Positions 35,172-42,759 of a stretch of DNA of 42,759 nucleotides are shown piece after piece. Every line of letters starts with the position of its first letter. Position 1 is the first letter of the stretch. Where the stretch lies: assembly GCF_001194135.2 (NCBI RefSeq), contig NC_068987.1, positions 23,534,372 to 23,577,130 of the forward strand, given 5' to 3'. The notes below the pieces were generated by a model. The model searched no databases and had not been told where the DNA came from. It worked only from the letters and a program-made list of their open reading frames with translations. Made by a program: the position numbers and the translations under genes. This stretch comes from Octopus bimaculoides (lineage: Eukaryota).

Positions 35172-35624
35172 TAACTAAATGTTACACTGCTTCTATGTTC
35201 CACTACTTCAGTGTTATACTCGCTCTGTGTTATGTTATTTTGATACCAACCACTCTTTTGTGTTACATTCCCTTATTACAACACTTGTGAAAATATCCAA
35301 ATAACATCAATACAGTAAAATCACAAGAGAATTCTCCCTCCTACTTTCACAAACATTCAGATTTTTGTATCAACCTGGGCCGTGCCACCTTTCATCATCT
35401 TTCCTGACTCACAAACCACAGATCCCATTCACAAATTTACCAACTGATTGGCAAAAATTCACCACAACCACCCATCACCATTGCCAACACTGCTAACACA
35501 TGACACCAGCACCAGCACCAGCACCATTGACACTATGTCACATGACCAAACCACCAATTTATGCAAAATGATAGTAGTTTACTACCATCTTAGTTTAATA
35601 TCTTTTTGTTGTTGTTGTTGTCAG

Positions 35625-35775
35625 AGCATAATAAATTCCGAGAGAAGAACCTTCCATGCTTCATGAAAGATCAATACATGCAACGTATATTTGGGATTTG
35701 CAAGAAGAAGATGAATATAGCGCAAAACTACAACAATCTCCTTAATGAAGACATTGAATACTCTACAGCACAACT
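35625..35775 (+). CDS. CCDC178: CCDC178-like coding exon, 151 nt
   Basis: Acceptor (ttg)n-tcag and donor CT|gttagt. Reads AG+HNKFREKNLPCFMKDQYMQRIFGICKKKMNIAQNYNNLLNEDIEYSTAQ+CT. The junction AVQR-E-H parallels human AVQKEH, and NEDIEY parallels QADIDY. Phases match on both sides. Confidence 0.82.
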
Positions 35776-36257
35776 GTTAGTGCACTTTCATGTTACCTGT
35801 TGTTGCTGTTGTTGTTGTTGTTGTTGTTTAGTCCTTAGTTCTGTTCAAGCAAGCCTATTATTAAAGATGTTCTGGCCCTGACCATCCTACCTTACTTATA
35901 GACAGGCACATAGCCTAGTGGTTAGAGTTTTTGGGGTTCATAATCATAAGGTTGTGGGTTTAATTCCTGGAGCAGGTGGCACTTTGTGTCATACTATGGA
36001 GTGAGACACTTCATTTCACACTGCTTCAAGGCTACTCAGCTGAAAATTAGTAGCCGCCAGTTGGTAGTGCAGCCTTTTCTCTCTCCATTTATCATGTCCT
36101 TGATATTCCACTGAGTCAAGGATGGTGAAGTAGAGAGGATGTCTAGGCTGTGTCTGCTTGCAACTACACAGGCATCTAAAACAATTAGGAAAAGCATATT
36201 CTACTCACTTGATGGAATTAAGAAGTAATTAATAGTTTGGTTATAATCTCACATTAT

Positions 36258-36646
36258 GTGGAGGCGCAATGGCTCAATGGTTAGGGCAGCAGACTCGCGG
36301 TCATAGGATCGCGGTTTCGATTCCCAGACCAGGCGTTGTAAGTGTTTATTGAGCAAAAACACCTAAAGCTTCACTAGGCTCTGGCAGGGGATGGTGGCGA
36401 ACCCTGCTGTACTCTTCCACCACAACTTTCTCTCACTCTTACTTCCTGTTTCTGTTGTGCCTGTAATTCAACGGGTCAGCCTTGTCACACTGTGTCACGC
36501 TGAATATCCCCAAGAACTACGTTAAGGGTACACGTGTCTGTGGAGTGCTCAGCCACTTGCACGTTAATTTCACGAACAGGCTGTTCCATTGATCGGATCA
36601 ACTGGAACCCTCGATGTCGTAAGCAACGGAGTGCCAACAACAACAA
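36258..36646 (+). mobile_element. SINE family C with (CAA)n tail
   Basis: gtggaggcgcaatggctcaatggttagggc ... ggtttcgattcccagacc ... gtgccaacaacaac. Confidence 0.85.
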
Positions 36647-36833
36647 TTAATCAATCTATTTGAGTATGGTGCAGTGCTCTGGCTAATCTCATTTCTCAGT
36701 TTAAATTCCTCTAGTGAAATTTGAAATTGAATAAATTGCCCTTTATCAAGTCTATATTTATCATTATTTCAGCAACATCTCTGTACAGTTGCAGTTACTG
36801 TATCAATAATGCAAGTGTTTGTTTATTTGACAG

Positions 36834-36903
36834 ACCATTGGTGGAAGAGAAAATGAAGTTAGAGAAAGTTAATATTGACAAAATCTGTGCTGCTTTTGAA
36901 GAG
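36834..36903 (+). CDS. CCDC178: CCDC178-like coding exon, 70 nt
   Basis: Acceptor gtttgtttatttgacag and donor GAG|gtaaga. Reads A+PLVEEKMKLEKVNIDKICAAFEE (human GPLLDSKQNQELQDL); phase 2 in, phase 0 out. Confidence 0.82.
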
Positions 36904-36953
36904 GTAAGACACATCCTATTCTCTCTCTCTCTCAACACACACACTCTCTCTCT

Positions 36954-36994
<41 letters not shown>

Positions 36995-37518
36995 ATTGAC
37001 ATGTGTGTGTACATTTACTGTTGTTGTTGTTGTTGTTGTTATCATTATTATTCCTTCATGACACAGTGAAGGCAAAAATGCACCGGAGTCTTTAGTTATC
37101 TCTCAAGTCACAACAAGGACCTCAGACAGATAATACTTTCCTTAAGATATGCGCTGTGCTCAATAAGGCTGCTTTTTGCAAGACATCAATCTTGCATGAG
37201 ATTTCAGTTGTCTTGAGAAGTCTTGAAGTTTCACTCTTGTATAGTCTTCTTAGCAAAACCTGTCAAGAGTTATCTCTTACTACTTGGTAAAATGGAAATA
37301 GTATTTAGTCATTGGCTGTTCTTTCCTTTTCCATACTTACTGAATATTTATTTCTAGTTAGGTTGTTAATGCTGTCTTTGTTAAATACATCAATACCAAC
37401 CTAACTATTGTTTTGTATGTGAAACGTATCTCTAAATCATAGATATAATAGCCAAACTGCTATTGTTCTTGAGCTGAGCTGTTTGAATTCTGTTATCCTG
37501 TATTTGGGGTATTTGCAG

Positions 37519-37661
37519 AGTAAGGCAACACTGGCTGAAACATTAATGCGACTTGAGGTGGCCAAAAAGTGCCATATGGAGGCTAAAAGACTTACTGACA
37601 TGGAGAGAAAAGATATAAAAAGTAATATCACTGGAATATATGAAGAACTTGAAAGACTCAG
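37519..37661 (+). CDS. CCDC178: CCDC178-like coding exon, 143 nt
   Basis: Acceptor atttgcag and donor CAG|gtaagt. Reads SKATLAETLMRLEVAKKCHMEAKRLTDMERKDIKSNITGIYEELERL+AG, with coiled-coil heptad character. Confidence 0.85.
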
Positions 37662-37667
37662 GTAAGT

Positions 37668-37900
37668 GATGGTGGTGGTGGCAGTGGTTCTTGCTACTGC
37701 TGTTGCTGTTGCTGCTACTGCTATTTTTTTTTGTTGCTGTTGTTTTTTTGCTGTTGTTATAGTTGTTGTTGCTGTTGATGTAGTCGTTGTGGTGGTAGTT
37801 AATGTGGTCGTTGTCGTTGTGGTGCTTGTTGTGATTGTTCTTGTGTTTGTAGTTGTTGTGGTGGTTCTGGTCTTTGTGCTTCTTGTTGTTGTTGTTGTTA
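37668..37900. repeat. Compound GTG/GCT/GTT trinucleotide tract starting at an intron 5' end
   Basis: Directly visible; it generates the poly-Thr and poly-Val ORFs in the track. Confidence 0.9.
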
Positions 37901-38655
37901 ACTCACCCAAGGGTCAGCCTTGTTACCACTCCAATCATGACCATCTTGCCTTACATTCAATTTTTTTCTGGTACAGTGAATCTAAAATTGCAGGATAAAG
38001 TCTATCCTTCCTTTTCTCACGATGGCAGAGAGTTATTTGAAGAGATTTGCCTGTTATTTCAATCAGGCCAAGAAACCATACAGTGGTTCCTGTATTCACT
38101 TATCATGTAAGTAATAAACTTGGAGGTAGATTTAATCCATCCTGATCCATTTTAAAACCCTCAGTTGGCCCTTGGCTGTCATTAACTGAGTCCACTGCTT
38201 TATTGTAAGTATCTTAACCCTGTCTCTGGTCTGGGAATATCTTGGTGTGTTGCTGCTTCCTACTGTTGTTACTCATGAGTTGTGGTTTGTTTCCTTCCTT
38301 TCTTCTTCCCAACAATCTTTCAGGCCTATAAAATCTCACAAGCTCTGCCTTTTCTCTTAAGTTAAATTATGTCTTAGGCCTAAAGTCTCTCTCAGACCTA
38401 TAGGCTTATCAAAATCTATCTTGGGTCTACATGCTTGTCAAATTTTGCCTAAGACCTGAGAATGATTGACTGAGAGTTTGAAAGACAAGACTAACACTTG
38501 TGCTGGAATTCCTTGACTGATAAGGTTGATGTGACTTATGTTTATTTTCAACATTTGTAAGTTATAATCATGAGAAAGGACTGAATAAAGGAGGTGAGGC
38601 ACAGTGAGGGTGAATGATCCTGTTAGGTCTGGATCATGAAAGTATAGACTAAATA

Positions 38656-39903
38656 CAGTTATACCTCACTTTACGAGGACCCATTTTATGGAACCCCACG
38701 TTTATGAGTTTTATTTTACAACAAATTTTTCAAGCACAAGATCCAAATTTTGAACAAAGTTTCAACTACCAGAAGAAATGCTTCTGTGTGTTACCAAGAA
38801 ATTTATAGAAAGCGAAAAAAAACTTCTAAGCAAACATCTCTAGACTTGTTCTTTAAAAAGAAATCTACAAGCCCGTCTATGAGTACTTTTGAACCAGCAA
38901 TCCTATCTGCAAGTGATGATGTGCACAAGTCTAGTGTGAGTGAAAGTGATGCAGAAAATGATTATAATAATATTTTTTATTACAAATGATCTTGACATTC
39001 TTTTTATTTTACGTAGAATATTCTTTGCATTCTATTGTTGTTTTATTGCCATTTATTTACAAGTATTATAAATTTTAGAGGTAAAATATTTTTCTGGGAA
39101 AGTCCTGTAAAGTGTGAAGTGCGTATGAACGAGGACAGTTGTGTAAAGATGTGCCAATCTCTAACTGTGGAGGGAACCTGTGGTAGAGGTAGGCCATAGA
39201 AAACATGGGACGAAGTGGTGAAGCATGATCTTTGAACTTTGAGCCTCACAGAGGCAATGACTGGTAACTGAGACCTTTGGCAATGTACTGTGCTTGAGAG
39301 GACCCGTCAAGCCAAGTGCACCCATGCTGGTGGCATGTAAAGAATATCTTTTGAATGTTGTGCCTCATGCAGGCAAACAGTGGCTGAGTTCCTCTCGAGT
39401 GTTGGGCCTGACAGAGGCAAAGTGGCTAAGTTCCATTTGAGTGTTGAGCCTGACGGAGGCAATGACCATGTCCTGTGGCATTATGTTGTGCTTGGCACAT
39501 ATCAGTATCACGCAAATTGGCACCTGTGCCAGTGATACATAAATGCACCCCGATCTCATGCAAATGGAACCCGTGCTGGTAGTATGTAAAAGCACCCATT
39601 ACACTCTTAGAGTAATTGGCATTAGGAAGGGCATCCAGCTGTAGAAAACTATGCCAAATCAGACTGAAGTCTGGTGCAGCCTTCCAACATGCCAGCCCAG
39701 TCAAACTATTCAACCTATGCTAGCATGGACAATGGATGTTAAATGGTGGCGGTGGTGGCAACGGTGGTGGTGGTGATGATGATGATGGAACAAATTACAA
39801 TTTATAACATTGCCACTATGGGAAATTATTGCTCTGCTTTACAAGTTTTCACTTTACACGCAGTCTCCAGGAACAAATTAACTCATATATCAAGACATTA
39901 CTG
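38656..39903 (+). mobile_element. Pogo/Tigger-like DNA transposon relic interrupted by an RTE fragment
   Basis: TA-CAGTTATACCTCAC at the left end and CAAGACATTACTG-TA at the right are degenerate TIRs. The internal ORF remnant CYQEIYRKRKKTSKQTSLDLFFKK resembles a Tigger transposase C-terminus. Confidence 0.7.
39100..39786 (+). mobile_element. 5'-truncated RTE-clade LINE: ORF C-terminus, 3' UTR and (GAT)n-like tail
   Basis: RMNEDSCVKMCQSLTVEGTCGRGRP*KTWDEVVKHDL...DLW...RTRQAK* is followed by the same 3' UTR found inverted at 3229, 5114 and 7794. Boundaries are approximate. Confidence 0.8.
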
Positions 39904-40431
39904 TAGTTCAGTGGATGGGAAATTATCAAAATGGCAAAAGACAGAGAGAAGAAACACTATATCTTGTAGTCAGTGTTTGTACAATGTTGGTCAATGAAAA
40001 GCAGCTGGTAATTCAATTGACCTTTCTTTTGGATATGGTTGAGAATGTTTGTAAGGCAGCAAATTAGCATAGCCATTAGAACATCAGTTAGACTACCTGC
40101 ATATGGTCGAGTGGTTTTGTTGTATTTATTCCAACACTCAGCACTACATGTTCAAATCATACCAAGTTCAAGTTGAACTTTCGTCCCTCCAAAATTAACA
40201 AATAAAGTAACAGTCCAGTACTGGGGTTCAATTCTCTTCTCTCTCTCTTTTCCCCTCACTCTTTTCTCTTTTCTTCTTCTGCTTCTCTCTCTCTCTCTCC
40301 CTTTCTCTCTTTCTCTCCCTCTCATTCTTTCCCTCTTTTTCTTTCTTTCTCACTCTTTCTCTCTTTCTTTTTCCTCTTCTCTTTTCTTCATCTCTCTCTC
40401 ACTCACTTTTATTCTCACTCTTTTTTGTCTG

Positions 40432-40471
<40 letters not shown>

Positions 40472-40845
40472 CCCCCTCAATCCTATCAAGAATTTCTACT
40501 GCTTGTTTGACTTGCTAGAAATAGCTTCTATATCGCCCTTAAATCACACAGTCATCTTGGAAAAGGAGGGGACACATCGTGTTATGTTGTCTAAGATACA
40601 CTATATCTGAAAAGAGAAAAAAGACAGTATAGTCATGGCTGGAATGTCTATGATCAAAGGTTTCCTTAACCAGGCCTTGATCTGGAGTTAATCAACAACA
40701 ACAATACACATTCTACAGACTGATGTGATATCATATACAATAAGCTCATTATCATTTATTATAATATACAATAAACTGATGATGGTGCTTCAGTTGACCA
40801 CAAATAGATGATACACATCTATTTTTTGTTTTTTTATATTTACAG

Positions 40846-40999
40846 ACAATCAGTGAAGGCCTCTGCAGAGAACAATGAACAGATGAAAAAGGACATCATT
40901 GAGACTAAACAGAAGATCAGGGAGAATGAAGAGATTAAAACTGTGCAGGATGTGAAGATAGACAACTTTAAGTCTAGTCTGCAGATCTTCAACATGGAG
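40846..40999 (+). CDS. CCDC178: CCDC178-like coding exon, 154 nt; gene continues beyond the window
   Basis: Acceptor ttttttatatttacag and donor GAG|gtttga. Reads A+QSVKASAENNEQMKKDIIETKQKIRENEEIKTVQDVKIDNFKSSLQIFNME; phase 2 matches the previous exon. Confidence 0.8.
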
Positions 41000-41694
41000 G
41001 TTTGAAATTATATCAATATTTCTGACTCCTAGGCAGTCTCTCTCTCCCCCCCCCCCACCAATCTGAAGATCCATGGATTTTCATGGGAAATATTCAGCAA
41101 TAATTTTCTGTTGCCTCTTGCTGGTTTATTTATAATGTATTCTGTCAGTATCCTACTCCCTTTAGCTTACTTTTCAGGTATTTAACCTTTAGACATGGGG
41201 ACTCTTTTATGTGGCATTAGAACATGACCATGCACTGGTTGGCTTGTGTGACACATGTTTTAGGACCAGTTATCCCATGAGATCTGTATGCACTAGTCAC
41301 TGGCCCATCTTCTAATGTTTTTGACCCATAATTGGAGCCTTTGACATATACTATCACCTTAAACCAAAGTAAACTCCATACTCCCCCAAAATCCTTGACT
41401 CCTGAACTGGAGCCTCACCACCAAATGCAAATTAACCCTTTTAATACCAACCACCTTGAGACCACCCTTGATTTATCATACAAATTTCATGTTTTAAAGT
41501 AATTTAAATGAGTATTTAGTGGGTAAACTTCTGTTCTAGTAAATAGTGCCCTATGTTGTAGCCCCCAACATCTTGTAATCCCTTATATGTGTCATCCACT
41601 ACATTTTGTAATCATCTATATGCTATTGTCCCTTATATCATATACTACATAGTGTACTTCTAATTTCTTATAGAACCCTATATATTGTATTAAG

Positions 41695-42075
41695 GATGGA
41701 TAGAAAACTAAATGCATTCCATCAAAGGTGCCTCAGAAAGATCCTGAAGTTTGTTTGATGTGTCTGTGTCACAAATGAGATTCTGAGAAAAGTAAGGTCA
41801 TGACCAACGCAAGAGATTGCAGCAGAATGCTGGTTCCACCTGGCTGGCCACATTCTCTCTCCAGCTGGTCAATAGCACTCAGAAACATCCATGACTTGTG
41901 TGTCACCTGAAAACATGCATAAAATGGGCTGGTCAAAGTTCACCTGGTGATTGACATTTCAAAATGGCCTGAAGGCAGTCAAGATCATGTGGAATGGATG
42001 TGCAAGAATAGTAGCTGACTGATTCCACTGAAGAAAACTTGCAGCTCAATGCCCTGAAAAGCACAGGAGGACCTA
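41695..42075 (+). mobile_element. RTE-like LINE ORF2 C-terminal fragment
   Basis: MDRKLNAFHQRCLRKIL...TNEILR...HLAGHIL...RKLAAQCPEKHRR, with internal stops. Confidence 0.75.
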
Positions 42076-42515
42076 CAACACACACTGCCTCATACTACTC
42101 CACACTGCCACTAAACACTGTCAACAAACTACACTACTATACAGCAGATTACTACACCTCACACTCTACAATTCTTCCCTCTCTCTCTATATATATATAT
42201 ATATTCACAAGGTAGACTACTCATCCAACACCGCTCCAGACTAGACTTTTACATAACACTCCAAACCAGTACACACCACCAGTACTACCCTCACTACCAT
42301 CGTTGCTATCTCCACAAGTATCATCATCATCACCACTGCCGCCGCCGCCACCACCACCACCACAACAACAACAACAAAGCCACGTATGACCACTGTTGAC
42401 ACAATCACCATTATCATTTTGATGATCGCCACTTTGCCACTGTCACTGTCACCACTATCATCATCATCCCCCCCACCCCCACCACCATTACTACTAACTA
42501 CTACTGCTACTACTA

Positions 42516-42516
42516 A

Positions 42517-42591
<75 letters not shown>

Positions 42592-42600
42592 GTCTATCTG

Positions 42601-42648
<48 letters not shown>

Positions 42649-42692
42649 AGTATCTATCTATCCATCTATTTATCTATCTATCTATCTGTCTG

Positions 42693-42730
<38 letters not shown>
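42516..42730. repeat. (TCTA)n microsatellite preceded by compound CAC/CAA/CAT/TAC triplets
   Basis: Directly visible. Other microsatellites include (TA)n at 1-36, ~14858-14912 and ~15924-15965, (ATT)n ~6872-6912, (CT)n ~16275-16320, (GT)n ~31330-31371 and (CA)n ~36955-36988. Confidence 0.95.
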
Positions 42731-42731
<1 letters not shown>

Positions 42732-42759
42732 GCAGTCGTGGATCAAGAAGAGGCCGAGG

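Larger units (their letters stand above)
32770..35285. repeat. Degenerate ~16-bp minisatellite (GTTACACTACTTCT-like) broken into three blocks
   Basis: Blocks at ~32770-33062, ~34726-34800 and ~35172-35285, separated by the mariner and the family C SINE. Confidence 0.8.

Noticed and set aside
33368-36330. tRNA-like A/B-box sequences
   Set aside because: They are SINE heads that continue into repeat bodies and do not form complete cloverleaves.
37437-37998. Poly-Thr and poly-Val ORFs, and other microsatellite ORFs (YIYI, VCVC, YLSI) across the window
   Set aside because: These are simple repeats that lack stop codons in some frames.

Overview
This is AT-rich, repeat-dense animal genomic DNA with four N gaps (13425-13601, 16418-16427, 23292-23393, 29919-30911). 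The SINE, RTE and microsatellite landscape looks like an octopod cephalopod, which is an inference and not a database match. Two spliced genes on the + strand can be rebuilt by hand. (1) A LEPROT/LEPROTL1 (OB-RGRP/Vps55) orthologue with coding exons 7524-7598, 10846-11032 and 12942-13058; its first exon is not securely located. (2) A CCDC178-like coiled-coil gene. It has a CpG-rich promoter carrying an RFX X-box and a YY1 motif (~23076-23104), a likely non-coding first exon ending at 23247, and coding exons 28316-28412, 29487-29600, ~30921-31035, 32426-32635, 35625-35775, 36834-36903, 37519-37661 and 40846-40999; the gene runs off the right end. The remainder is mostly transposon relics, several of them nested: a 1039-bp solo-LTR-like insert (CTAT target duplication) splitting a hAT transposase, a mariner holding a SINE inside a 16-bp minisatellite, and a Tigger/pogo relic split by an RTE fragment. 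There are also L1/Tx1, RTE and CR1/L2 fragments, TTAA- and NTCTAGAN-flanked MITEs, four tRNA-derived SINE families and long intronic foldbacks. Almost all ORFs in the supplied track are microsatellite, gap or repeat artefacts. I found no CRISPR, rRNA or true tRNA genes and no clearly new multi-gene system. The best leads are ADAR-type hairpins, CpG-retention islands, a candidate divergent spliced transcript and candidate antisense exons inside LEPROT.
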